Part shown: positions 31,803-41,120 of the stretch, one piece after another
How positions within the stretch are numbered: position 1 is the stretch's first letter
Layout of the letters: every line of letters starts with the position of its first letter
NCBI GenBank assembly: GCA_963800415.1
Contig: CAWDBS010000083.1
Location: 210 to 64,209 of the forward strand
Source of the DNA: an uncultured Actinomycetes bacterium
GTDB lineage: Bacteria; Actinomycetota; Actinomycetes; Streptosporangiales; Streptosporangiaceae
Direction: 5' to 3'
DNA length: 64,000 nucleotides
The notes under the pieces: model-generated
What the model saw: the letters and a program-made list of their open reading frames with translations, nothing else
Told to the model about the DNA's origin: nothing
The model's database searches: none
Translations under genes and position numbers: made by a program

Positions 31803-33227
31803 ATGCCCCAGATTCACGAGCTGTCCATGATCGAGCTGGCCGCAGCCATCCGCGCGGGCGAGCTCTCGCCAGTCACCGTCACCGATCATTATCTGCGCCG
31901 GATGGAGGAACTCAACGACAAGGTCGGTGCGTTCTTCACCGTCACCGCCGAACTCGCCGCCGACCAGGCCCTGGCGGCGGAGAAAGCCGTCGCCTCGGCC
32001 GAGGACAAGGCGGCGCTGCCACCGCTGACCGGCGTGCCCATCCCGATCAAGGACCTCAACATGGTAGCCGGGGTGCGGCAGACGATGGGCTCGAAGGCCT
32101 TCGACGCCAACGTGCCGGACACCGACGACAACGTGGTGGTCGCGATCAAGCGGGCCGGCGCGGTCATCACCGGCAAGACGGCCACCCCCGAGTTCGGGCT
32201 GCCCTGCTACACCGAGACCGACGTCGGTCCGCCGGCCCGCACGCCGTGGGACTTGTCCCGGTCGGCAGGCGGGTCGAGCGGCGGCGCGGCCGCCGCGGTC
32301 GCGGCCGGCCTGGCCCCGGCCGCCCAGGGCAGCGACGGCGGCGGGTCGATCCGCATCCCGTCAAGCGTGTGCGGGCTGTTCGGGATCAAGCCGTCCCGCG
32401 GCCGGATCTCCGAGGGCCCGCTCATGCCCGACCTGGCCGGCCTGGGCGTCAACGGCCCCATCGCGCGCACGGTCGCGGACGCCGCGCTGCTGCTCGACGT
32501 GATGGCCGGGAACTTCCCTGGCGACATGTACACCCAGCCGCCGCTCCCGGCCGGCGAGTCGTTCCTCGGTTACGCCAGCCGCCCGCCCGGCCGGCTGCGG
32601 ATCGGCCGGACGATCCAGCCTCCCGTCGAGGGCGCCGAGGTGCACCCGGACTGCGTGGCCGCCTACGAGGACGCCAGCGCCCTGCTGGCCAGCCTGGGCC
32701 ACGAGGTCGAGGACGTGGCCATGCCGTTCGGCCCGGACGTGGTGCCGTTCTTCGAGATCCTCTGGTACGCGTACGCGACGCTCGCCCCGCTCGCCCCCGG
32801 CCAGGAGGAGATGCTCCGCCCGCTGACCCGGTACCTGCGCGGCCGCGGCCAGGCCACCGGCGCCGCCGACCTCATCTTCGCCCAGGCCTACCTGCAGGCG
32901 GTGACCCGCGCGGCGATCCCCGTGCTGAACGCCTACGACGCCATCTTGTCCCCGACGCTGGCCCTGCCCCCGGTCCCGGTCGGCTGGTTCGAGGAGGTCG
33001 AGCCGGCCGAGAACTTCGAGCGGCAGAAGCGGTTCACCCCGTTCGCCGCCCTGTACAACGTCTTCGGCCAGCCGGCCGTGAACGTGCCGCTGCACTGGAA
33101 CGCCGACGGCCTGCCGATCGGGGTCATGCTGGCCGGCCGGATGGGTGACGAGGCAACCCTGATCTCCCTGTCCGCCCAGCTGGAACAAGCTCGCCCGTGG
33201 AAGGACAGGCACCCGCCGCTCTGGTGA
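31803..33227 (+). CDS. amidase (amidase-signature family)
   Basis: The signature GGSSGGAAAAVAAGLAPAAQGSDGGGSIRIPSSVCGLFGIKPSRGR is present in an intact 474-aa ORF. Confidence 0.88.
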   Translation: MPQIHELSMIELAAAIRAGELSPVTVTDHYLRRMEELNDKVGAFFTVTAELAADQALAAEKAVASAEDKAALPPLTGVPIPIKDLNMVAGVRQTMGSKAFDANVPDTDDNVVVAIKRAGAVITGKTATPEFGLPCYTETDVGPPARTPWDLSRSAGGSSGGAAAAVAAGLAPAAQGSDGGGSIRIPSSVCGLFGIKPSRGRISEGPLMPDLAGLGVNGPIARTVADAALLLDVMAGNFPGDMYTQPPLPAGESFLGYASRPPGRLRIGRTIQPPVEGAEVHPDCVAAYEDASALLASLGHEVEDVAMPFGPDVVPFFEILWYAYATLAPLAPGQEEMLRPLTRYLRGRGQATGAADLIFAQAYLQAVTRAAIPVLNAYDAILSPTLALPPVPVGWFEEVEPAENFERQKRFTPFAALYNVFGQPAVNVPLHWNADGLPIGVMLAGRMGDEATLISLSAQLEQARPWKDRHPPLW

Positions 33228-33262
33228 TCCGTTTCCCCAGCGGCTCTGCATATAGTGCGAAG

Positions 33263-34081
33263 GTGGATTCAGGCATCAGCGCGATCTTGCTGGACGCGGG
33301 TGGCGTCCTCGTCTTTCCCGAACCCGCCACTGTGCTCCCGCCGCTGCGCGCGGCCGGCGCGGACCCCGACCTGGCCACCCTGGAGCGCGCTCACTACCAG
33401 GCGATGGCGATCCAGGACGCCGAGGCGCTGCCGCCCGTCCAGGCCACCTGGTGGCACAACTACCTGCTCACCTACACGGCCGCCTGCGGCGTCCCTCCCG
33501 ACCAGGCCGGACTTCTCGCCGCCGAGATGTCCCAGGGCATCCGCGGGCACAGCTGGGCGCACGTCGGCCTCGGCGTGATGGACGGCCTGCGGGCCGTGGC
33601 CGGGCTCGGCCTGCCGATGGGCGTGGTCTCCAACTCCGACGGCAGCGTGGAGGGCGACCTGCGCCGCCTCGGCGTCTGCTACGCGCCGAAGCAGACGCCG
33701 GACCCCGCGCCAGGCCAAGCGCCCCCGCCAGCCGGCGTCGAGATGGGCGTCATCCTCGACTCCGCCGTGGTCGGCGTGGCCAAGCCGGACCCGGAGATCT
33801 TCCGCCTCGCGCTGGACGCCCTCGGCGTGCCCGCCGGCGGCACCGTCCTGCACGTGGGGGACAGCCTGCGGTACGACGTGGCCGGCGCCCTCGCCGCGGG
33901 CCTGCAGCCGGTGCACATGGACCCGTACGGATTCTGCCCGGCGCCCGATGGCCACCCGCACATCCGCAGCCTGGCCGAGCTAGCCGGGTCCGGCGATATC
34001 GAATCCGCGATAACCTTCCGCCGGCGCAATGCTGGTCCCCGGGGGGGACGACCCCCCCGAACCCCCCCGCGAGGGCACTAG
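33263..34081 (+). CDS. HAD-superfamily hydrolase; the C-terminal ~15 codons are contributed by a GC-hairpin repeat element
   Basis: HAD motif I is ILLDAGGVL and motif II is VVSNSDG. KPDPEIF and HVGDSLRYDV are also present. The GTG start at 33263 was chosen. The tail AGPRGGRPPRTPPRGH is encoded by the repeat at 34037-34075. Confidence 0.7.
   Translation: MDSGISAILLDAGGVLVFPEPATVLPPLRAAGADPDLATLERAHYQAMAIQDAEALPPVQATWWHNYLLTYTAACGVPPDQAGLLAAEMSQGIRGHSWAHVGLGVMDGLRAVAGLGLPMGVVSNSDGSVEGDLRRLGVCYAPKQTPDPAPGQAPPPAGVEMGVILDSAVVGVAKPDPEIFRLALDALGVPAGGTVLHVGDSLRYDVAGALAAGLQPVHMDPYGFCPAPDGHPHIRSLAELAGSGDIESAITFRRRNAGPRGGRPPRTPPRGH
34037..34075 (+). repeat. GC-hairpin repeat element, copy a (short form)
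   Basis: The sequence is CCCCGGGGGGGACGACCCCCCCGAACCCCCCCGCGAGGG. It shares the core CCCGGGGGGACGACCCCCC with copies at 44532, 47642 and 49018, and with the inverted copy ending at 42982. Confidence 0.8.
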
Positions 34082-34092
34082 ACTACGGCGTC

Positions 34093-35829
34093 ATGCGCTG
34101 GTCCAAACTGCACATCCCGACGCTGCGCGACGACCCGGCCGACGCCGGCGCGCCCAGCCACCGCCTGCTGCTCCGCGCGGGCTACATCCGCCAGCTGATG
34201 GCCGGGCATTATTCTCTGCTGCCGCTCGGCCAGCGGGTCCGGCTGAAGGTCATCGGGATCATCCGCGAGGAGATGAACGCGATCGGCGCGCAGGAGATCC
34301 TGATGCCGGTCATGCACCCGGCCGAGCTGTGGCAGACGAGCGGCCGCTGGGAGCTGATGGGGGACGAGATGTTCCGGCTGAAGGACCGCCGGGGCGCGGA
34401 CCTGGCCCTGGGCATGACCCACGAGGAGATCGTCGCAACGCTGGCCACCGAGCTCGAGTCCTACCGCCAGCTGCCGCAGATGTGGTATCAGATCCAGACC
34501 AAGCTGCGCGACGAGCCGCGGCCCAAGGCGGGCCTGATGCGCACCCGCGAGTTCACCATGAAGGACTCCTACAGCTTCGACCTGGGACCGGAAGGGCTGG
34601 ACGCATCCTTCGCCGCCCACCGCGGCGCCTACGCCCGCATCTTCGAGCGCCTCGGCATCCCGGCCATCCCGGCCGAGGCGTCCAACGGCACCATGGGCGG
34701 TTCGGACTCGATTGAGTTCATGTCTCCCTCGCCGACCGGCGAGGACCTCATCATTCACTGCCCCGACTGCGGTTACGCGGCGAACATAGAAAAGGCCACC
34801 TCCCGGCTGGCCGGCCTAGAAGATTCAGCCGAACGGACCGTGCTCCTCGCCGCCCCGGAGTCCTTTGCCACCCCGGGTGTGCGCACGATCGAGGATCTCG
34901 CCCAGCAGTACGATGCGCCGGCCGACCGGCAGATCAAGACCCTGGTGTACTTCCTGGACGGTGTGCTCACCCTGGTGCTGATGCGCGGCGACCACGCGCT
35001 GAACGAGCAGAAGCTCGTCGACGCGACCAGGGCGGTAGCGGTCCGCCCCGCCCAGCCGGAGGAGATCCGCGGCGTGCTCGGCGCCCTGCCGGGCAGCCTC
35101 GGCGCGGTCGGTACTCTGCCTGCCAGCCTCGGCGGTCCCCCGGTGATCGCGGACGAGGCGCTGCGCGGGCGGCGGGGCATGTACACCGGCGCCAACCTCG
35201 ACGACACCCACCTGCGCGGCGTGGACGTCGAGCGGGACATCGCCGTCGGCCAGTGGGCCGACCTGCGCGAGGCCGCCGCGGGCGAGGGGTGCGTCATCTG
35301 CGGCCATCCGCTCGAGGTGGAGCGCGGCATCGAGGTCGGCCACATCTTCAAGCTCGGCTACAAGTTCAGCGACGCCATCGGGCTGAGCGTGTCCGGCCCG
35401 GACGGCAAGCCGGTCCGGCCGATCATGGGTAGCTACGGCATCGGCGTGGAGCGGGCCATGGCTGCGGCCGTCGAGGTCCACCATGACGAGAAGGGCATCG
35501 CATGGCCGGTCTCGATCGCGCCGTTCGACGTCGTGGTGGTGATCGCCCAGCAGGACGACGCCGGCGTGGCCGCGGCGGGGGAGCTGGTGTACCAGGCGCT
35601 GCTCGGGGCCGGCGTTGAGGTCATCGTGGACGACCGGCCGGTCCGGGCCGGCGTCAAGTTCAGCGACGCCGAACTGGTCGGCATCCCGTTCCGGGTCACC
35701 GTGGGCAAGCGCGGCCTGGCCGCCGGGACCGCGGAGCTCACCGATCGCGCCACCGGCTCCACCGTGCCGATCCCGCTGGGCGATGAGCTGCCCAAGCATG
35801 TTCGGGAGGCAGTGGCCCAGGCCAGCTGA
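34093..35829 (+). CDS. proS: proline--tRNA ligase
   Basis: MRWSKLHIPTLRDDPADAGAPSHRLLLRAGYIRQL... is the ProRS N-terminus. Class II motifs and an INS domain are present in an intact 578-aa ORF. Confidence 0.93.
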   Translation: MRWSKLHIPTLRDDPADAGAPSHRLLLRAGYIRQLMAGHYSLLPLGQRVRLKVIGIIREEMNAIGAQEILMPVMHPAELWQTSGRWELMGDEMFRLKDRRGADLALGMTHEEIVATLATELESYRQLPQMWYQIQTKLRDEPRPKAGLMRTREFTMKDSYSFDLGPEGLDASFAAHRGAYARIFERLGIPAIPAEASNGTMGGSDSIEFMSPSPTGEDLIIHCPDCGYAANIEKATSRLAGLEDSAERTVLLAAPESFATPGVRTIEDLAQQYDAPADRQIKTLVYFLDGVLTLVLMRGDHALNEQKLVDATRAVAVRPAQPEEIRGVLGALPGSLGAVGTLPASLGGPPVIADEALRGRRGMYTGANLDDTHLRGVDVERDIAVGQWADLREAAAGEGCVICGHPLEVERGIEVGHIFKLGYKFSDAIGLSVSGPDGKPVRPIMGSYGIGVERAMAAAVEVHHDEKGIAWPVSIAPFDVVVVIAQQDDAGVAAAGELVYQALLGAGVEVIVDDRPVRAGVKFSDAELVGIPFRVTVGKRGLAAGTAELTDRATGSTVPIPLGDELPKHVREAVAQAS

Positions 35830-35841
35830 GGAGGGACCGGC

Positions 35842-36213
35842 ATGTCGCAGACGGTGAAGTGGCTACCCAAGCCGGAAAGGCATGACTTCCAGGCCGCGGA
35901 GGACTACCTGTCGCTGATCATGCCGGCCAAGCGGGCCGCCGAGTGGCGGCGGAAGCTGGCCGCCGCGCGGGACAACATCACCCACCGCAAGGCCAAGGAC
36001 ATCCTGCGGGCCAGCCAGCTCGCCCTGCTCGGCGAGGACAACAAGCACGTCGCGGCCGACCTGCGCAAGGCCGCCTCCGGCACGCCCCTGTCACCGATCC
36101 TGCTGCTGCGCGGCGATGATATCCACCCGCTCATCGTCGCCGATGGCTACCACCGGGTCTGCGCCAGCTACTGGATCGACGAGAACACCGACATTCCCTG
36201 CGTCATCGTCTAG
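35842..36213 (+). CDS. hypothetical protein, possibly with a ParB/Srx-like fold (ADGYHR motif)
   Basis: The intact 123-aa ORF starts 12 nt after proS and has good GC3. The C-terminal LLLRGDDIHPLIVADGYHRVCASY resembles the DGxHR motif of ParB/sulfiredoxin-like domains. This assignment is tentative. Confidence 0.5.
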   Translation: MSQTVKWLPKPERHDFQAAEDYLSLIMPAKRAAEWRRKLAAARDNITHRKAKDILRASQLALLGEDNKHVAADLRKAASGTPLSPILLLRGDDIHPLIVADGYHRVCASYWIDENTDIPCVIV

Positions 36214-36275
36214 CCCTCAGGGCCGGCTCGGCCGCCTCGGCCATGTTCCCCTCCCTCGCTGCTCTCACCTGCGGG

Positions 36276-38810
36276 CTAGGAGGCCTGCCGGTCGCGCTCC
36301 TGGCAGCGCAGCGCGCGGAGCACGTCGTCGCGGCCCTCGATGAGCAGGCGGCGCAGCGCGGCCGGCGGATCCGCCGCCCTGAGGGAGGCATCGGTCAGCT
36401 CGACCGTCTCGCGCGAGATCGCGCATACCCCGTAGGCGCCACTGGCGAAGTCCTGCGCCATCGCCGAGGGCCAGTTCCGCCAGATGTCCCCGAGGACCTC
36501 GAAGTACTTCTCCCGGTAGGGCTCGATCAGCGCGGGCTGGTCGGGGTCGACGAACCCGGCGAGCGTGGCGCGGAACATGGCGATGGTTAGCTCGCCTCCG
36601 GTCAGCGTTGCCCAGGCCTCCTGCTTGGCCTCGGCCGTCGGGATCGCGGCGCGGCACGTCGCGGCATGCCGTTGGCCTGCGTCAGTGGCGTCCCGGGCCA
36701 GCTCGGCGTCGATCTCATCCGGCCCGGCGGCGCCGCGGCTGACCAGCCGCCACAGCAGGGCCCAGCGCAGGTCGGTGTCGACGGTGAGCCCGTCCAGCTG
36801 GACCGAGCCGTCGAGTAGCCCGGCCAGCAGGGCCAGGTCGTCGCCCGTGGCCACGCCGGCGAAGGCCCGGAGGTACGCGAGCTGCACGTCCGAGCCGGGT
36901 GACGCCTCGTGCAGCAGACCGCGCAGGGTGCTGGCCATCAGGGCCAGCCCGGCCGGCCGCCAGCCGGGGTCGGCAAACCGGCGTACCGCCTGGCTGGCCT
37001 GCCGGAGCAAGGTCTGCACCACGCTGATGTCGGCCACCGAGGAGATGCCCGACAGGACCAGCTTGACGTAGTTGCGCGTCGCCATCTCGCCGTCGCGGCA
37101 CATGTCCCAGGCGGCGGACCAGCACAGCGCCGCCGGGAGCGAATCGGTGAACGAGCCGATCGAGTCCACCAAGGTTTGCAGCGAATGGTCATCGAGCCGG
37201 ATCTTGGCGTAGCTGAGGTCATCGTCATTAACCAGGGCCAGGTCGGGGCGCGGCTGCCCGGCCAGTTCCGGCACTACCGTGCGCGCGCCCGCCACGTCGG
37301 TCTCTACCCGCAGCCGGCGGACGATGCCGGCCTCAGTCCGGTCGTACAGGCCGATGGCGATGCGGTGCGAACGCAGCACCTGATGGGTGGCGGGCGCTTC
37401 CTGTTCCACCGCGAACTCGGTGAACCGGTCGTCGGCGCCCACCGAGTAGGACGGCCGCAGCGTGTTCACGCCCGCTGTCTGCAGCCATTGGGCCGACCAC
37501 GCGGCCAGGTCGCGGCCGGAGGTCTCCTCCAGGGCGGCCAGCAGGTCGGCCAGCGTCGCGTTGCCCCACGCGTGCGCGGCGAAGTACTTCCGCACGCCGT
37601 CCAGGAAGTTCTCCCGCCCGACGTAGGCCACCAGCTGCTTGAGCACGGACGCGCCCTTGGCGTAGGTGATCCCGTCGAAGTTCACCTCCACCGCCTCGAT
37701 GTCACCGATGTCGGCCGCGATCGGGTGGGTGGAGGGCAGCTGATCTTGCCGGTAGGCCCAGGCCTTGTACAGCTGGGCGAACGTGGTCCACGCCGACGTC
37801 CACCGCGTCGCCTCGGCCTGCGCCAGCGTGCCTGCCCAGGTGGCGAACGACTCGTTCAGCCACAGGTCATCCCACCAGCGCATGGTGACCAGGTCGCCGA
37901 ACCACATGTGCGCCATTTCGTGCAGGATCGTCTCGGCCCGCGCCTCGCGGGCGAAGTCGGTGACCCGCGACCGGAAAATGTAGGTTTCCAGGAACGTGAC
38001 GCAGCCGGCGTTCTCCATCGCGCCCTCTTTGAACTCCGGCACGAAGAGCTGGTCGTACTTGCCGAACGGGTACTTGATGCCGAACGAGCTGTGGAAGAAG
38101 TCAAAGCCCTGCCGCGTCACATCGAAGATCTCGTCGGCGTCAAGGTAGGAGGCCAGCGACTGGCGGCAGTACAGGCCGAGCGGGATGCCGTCGTGCTCGT
38201 CGCGGACCACGTGATAGGGCCCGGCCGCGACCGCCGTGATGTACGTCGGCACGACCGGGGTGGGCGGGAAATGCCAGCGAACTGCCTCGCCGCCGGGGAT
38301 GTTCGATTCCGCCGCCATGTTGGACACGACCAGCCAGTCCGCCGGGGCGGTGACCGACAGCTCGTAGCTGGCCTTCATGTCGGGCTGGTCGAAGCAGGCG
38401 TAGACCCGGTGCGCGTCAAAGGTCTCCAGGTCGGAATACAGGTAGACGCGCCCGTCGGCGGGATCGGTGAACCGGTGCAGGCCCTCGCCGCTGTGCGAGT
38501 AGGCGCAGTCGGCCGCCACTCGGAGCACGTTGTCGGCCGCCAGGGCGGTAAGCGTGATCCGGTTGCCGTCGAAGGCGTCCAGGCTGACCGGGGCGTCGTT
38601 CAGGGTGATCTCGCGGACCGCGGGGGCGGTGAGGTTGATGAAGGTGGATGAGCCCGGTGTGGCACAGCCAAACCTGACCACGCTGACCGAGCCGAACGTG
38701 GCGTCGCCGTCCCCCCGCGCCGTCAGGTCGAGGTCCACCTGGTAGGAAGCCACCGTTATGAGCGCCGAACGCGTCGCCGCCTCGTCGCGGGTCAGGTTGT
38801 CCGTGGTCAT
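36276..38810 (-). CDS. pepN: aminopeptidase N
   Basis: GAMEN (KEGAMENAG) and HEXXH (HEMAHMWFGD) motifs are present. The start at ATG 38810 gives MTTDNLTRDEAATRS. The ~845-aa ORF is intact. Confidence 0.93.
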   Translation of the reverse strand: MTTDNLTRDEAATRSALITVASYQVDLDLTARGDGDATFGSVSVVRFGCATPGSSTFINLTAPAVREITLNDAPVSLDAFDGNRITLTALAADNVLRVAADCAYSHSGEGLHRFTDPADGRVYLYSDLETFDAHRVYACFDQPDMKASYELSVTAPADWLVVSNMAAESNIPGGEAVRWHFPPTPVVPTYITAVAAGPYHVVRDEHDGIPLGLYCRQSLASYLDADEIFDVTRQGFDFFHSSFGIKYPFGKYDQLFVPEFKEGAMENAGCVTFLETYIFRSRVTDFAREARAETILHEMAHMWFGDLVTMRWWDDLWLNESFATWAGTLAQAEATRWTSAWTTFAQLYKAWAYRQDQLPSTHPIAADIGDIEAVEVNFDGITYAKGASVLKQLVAYVGRENFLDGVRKYFAAHAWGNATLADLLAALEETSGRDLAAWSAQWLQTAGVNTLRPSYSVGADDRFTEFAVEQEAPATHQVLRSHRIAIGLYDRTEAGIVRRLRVETDVAGARTVVPELAGQPRPDLALVNDDDLSYAKIRLDDHSLQTLVDSIGSFTDSLPAALCWSAAWDMCRDGEMATRNYVKLVLSGISSVADISVVQTLLRQASQAVRRFADPGWRPAGLALMASTLRGLLHEASPGSDVQLAYLRAFAGVATGDDLALLAGLLDGSVQLDGLTVDTDLRWALLWRLVSRGAAGPDEIDAELARDATDAGQRHAATCRAAIPTAEAKQEAWATLTGGELTIAMFRATLAGFVDPDQPALIEPYREKYFEVLGDIWRNWPSAMAQDFASGAYGVCAISRETVELTDASLRAADPPAALRRLLIEGRDDVLRALRCQERDRQAS

Positions 38811-38931
38811 CGGGTGATCGCCCCTTCTGCGGAATTTGCGTGGTTCCCGCGGTTTCTGGTTCGACCCTATCTGCCCTGGGCCTGGCTCACTTCCCCTCTT
38901 CGGCCGGCACCGCATCTGGCAGACTTGCCTC

Positions 38932-39405
38932 GTGCGCGTATACCTGGGATCTGATCACGCAGGCTTCGAACTGAAGGCCCGCCTCATCCAGTGGCTAGGC
39001 GCGGCCGGCCACGAGCCGGTGGACTGCGGTCCGAAAGCGTACGTTCAGGGCGACGACTACCCGCCGTACGTCATGCGGGCGGCGCACGGGGTGGCCAGCG
39101 ACCCGGGCAGCCTCGGCATCGTGATCGGCGGCTCGGGAAACGGCGAGCAGATCGCGGCGAACAAGATTCCGGGCATCCGCGCGGCGCTGGCCTGGACCGA
39201 TGAAACTGCCCAGCTGGCCCGGCAGCACAACGACGCCAACGTGCTCAGCCTCGGCGCGCGGATGTATGCCCTTGACGAGGCGGTCGGCTTCGCCCAGGTG
39301 TTCATCTCCACTCCCTTCTCCGGCGAGCCCCGGCACGCCCGGCGCCTGGCCATGATCGCCGACTATGAGAAAACCGGCGAGCTGCCCCCGCTACCCGCCT
39401 CCTGA
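38932..39405 (+). CDS. rpiB: ribose-5-phosphate isomerase B
   Basis: VRVYLGSDHAGFELK and ...GGSGNGEQIAANKIPGIRAA... are typical RpiB/LacAB family motifs. Confidence 0.9.
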   Translation: MRVYLGSDHAGFELKARLIQWLGAAGHEPVDCGPKAYVQGDDYPPYVMRAAHGVASDPGSLGIVIGGSGNGEQIAANKIPGIRAALAWTDETAQLARQHNDANVLSLGARMYALDEAVGFAQVFISTPFSGEPRHARRLAMIADYEKTGELPPLPAS

Positions 39406-39760
39406 GCTCCTCAGCCCCGAAGCTCTCCGGCGCTCAGCGAGACGGGCGCCCTCGATGGCCGGCGTCCCGTGGCCCCCGGCGCCGCCGCGGGAAACCCGGC
39501 CGTCCCGCGCGCTCGTCCCCAGTAGGCGTCCCCGCGCCCGGCTCCGTCCCGCCGGGTGCAGTCCTCGCCCGCGAACTGCCGGGCGTGCTCTCTTCGGCCG
39601 CCTCGGCCTCGGCGAGCTGCTCGGCGCGCGGGCGGGACACGTCCCTGGCCCGCATCGCGGCGTTGGGCGTCAGCTTCATGGGCGGCACGGCATCCTCCTG
39701 TGCCCAGTGTCATGCCAAAGGCGGATCACGCACTACCCCCGTGGCCAGGTTACGTTGCCT

Positions 39761-41038
39761 TTAGAAGACCATCGGGCACCAGGGAGCGGGATCCCAGGAC
39801 AAAGCGGCCGAGAGCTGCCGGGCGGCGCCGGGCCGCAGCTCGGCGACTAGGCCGCTGCCGACCAGGGCGCCCAGCCTGGTCCCGCCCAGGTACGCCGCGC
39901 CGAGTTCGGTCACGTCCAGCGCCAAGTCGGCCGTCGAGCTGGCCGGAACGCACGCCGCCGCCAGGCCGCCGCTAGTTTCGGCGGTGGTGGTAAGCCGCCA
40001 GCGCCCGGCGTTGGACGGCAGGATCTCGTCCCGCACCTCGATGACGATGTTGACCGGAGAGGAGTACCTGCGCCCGGCCAGTGCGCGGGGCACGTCGATG
40101 ATCCGGACCCACAAGCCGTCGCTCAGCTGCGGCCGGGCCCGTCGCGGGTCGGCCAGCTGGTAGAGCAGCGGGTCATCGACCGGGCGCCGCTGAACGTGGA
40201 ACTCGCTGGTCAGGTCCCTGCTCAGCAGGTCGGCCCAGAGGGCTGCGCTGGCCGCGGGATCGACCGCCATCAGCTCGCGCACGGTCAGCACGTTGTCCGG
40301 CAGGAAGTCGGTCCAGGAGTTCACGCCCGAGTACAGCGCGTAGCCGCGCGGCCCGCTGGCGTCCTCGGCCAGCAGGCAGTGCAGCGGGCTGGCGCCCTGC
40401 CGTTCCTCCGCTGGGTCGTCGATCGTGCTCCGCCACCACGCGTCGTTGCGCCCGAAGAACCCAGGGCGGGTCGGCAGTACCGCGTCGTAGACCTTGGTCA
40501 GCTCGGGCAGGGCGGCGTCGGGTTCGGCGATCCTCAGCCGCAGGCCATCACCGGACGGTGCGGTCATGGCCAGCTTCCCCTCGCCGCGCCGCAGCGTGAA
40601 GCCGAGGTACCAGCTGGCGCGGCCGTAACCGTACCTGGAGTAGATCACCGACTCTGATGCCCACAGGACGGCCAGCGGCTCGCCGCGGTCACGGACGTCG
40701 GCCAGCTGGCGGCGCATCAGGCTGTTCAGCACGCCCCGCCGCCGGTGCGTGGGCAGCACCGCCACGAAGGTCACCCCGGCGGCCGGCAGTGCCTTCTGCC
40801 CCGGCACGCTCAGCTGGAAGCTGTAACACATCGTGACGCCGACGGGCGTCGTACCGTCGTAGGCCGCGAGGGTCCGGTCGAACTCGAACCGGTCAAGGAT
40901 CACCCGCCGGTCGCTTTCGGACATCGGCGAGCCGTGGAAAGCGTGCTCGTCCACCCTGATGAAGCTGTCGAACTCATCGTCTTCGATGGGCCGGATCGGA
41001 TACGGGTCACCGGGGCGGCTGCTGGCAGACTCTGTCAT
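39761..41038 (-). CDS. Eis-like GNAT acetyltransferase (GNAT plus SCP2-like C-terminal domain)
   Basis: IRPIEDDEFDSFIRVDEHAFHG..., ...VAVLPTHRRRGVLNSLMRRQL... and ...VLWASESVIYSRYGYG match the Eis family pattern. The 425-aa ORF is intact. Confidence 0.8.
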   Translation of the reverse strand: MTESASSRPGDPYPIRPIEDDEFDSFIRVDEHAFHGSPMSESDRRVILDRFEFDRTLAAYDGTTPVGVTMCYSFQLSVPGQKALPAAGVTFVAVLPTHRRRGVLNSLMRRQLADVRDRGEPLAVLWASESVIYSRYGYGRASWYLGFTLRRGEGKLAMTAPSGDGLRLRIAEPDAALPELTKVYDAVLPTRPGFFGRNDAWWRSTIDDPAEERQGASPLHCLLAEDASGPRGYALYSGVNSWTDFLPDNVLTVRELMAVDPAASAALWADLLSRDLTSEFHVQRRPVDDPLLYQLADPRRARPQLSDGLWVRIIDVPRALAGRRYSSPVNIVIEVRDEILPSNAGRWRLTTTAETSGGLAAACVPASSTADLALDVTELGAAYLGGTRLGALVGSGLVAELRPGAARQLSAALSWDPAPWCPMVF

Positions 41039-41120
41039 GTATGCCTTAGTACCTCTGCTTGCCCCGCCGGCGCGACTGGTTTAGCCTGCGCCGGCCCGGA
41101 TCGAATACAGTGCCCGCATC

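Noticed and set aside
39434-39688. An 84-codon ORF (MPPMKLTPNAAMRARDVSRPRAEQLAEAEAAEE...) in the 355-bp gap between rpiB and the Eis-like gene.
   Set aside because: Only the first ~30 codons look protein-like, and the rest is Gly/Arg/Pro-rich. I recognise no family and see no clear Shine-Dalgarno sequence. It may be real, but I cannot support it from sequence alone.
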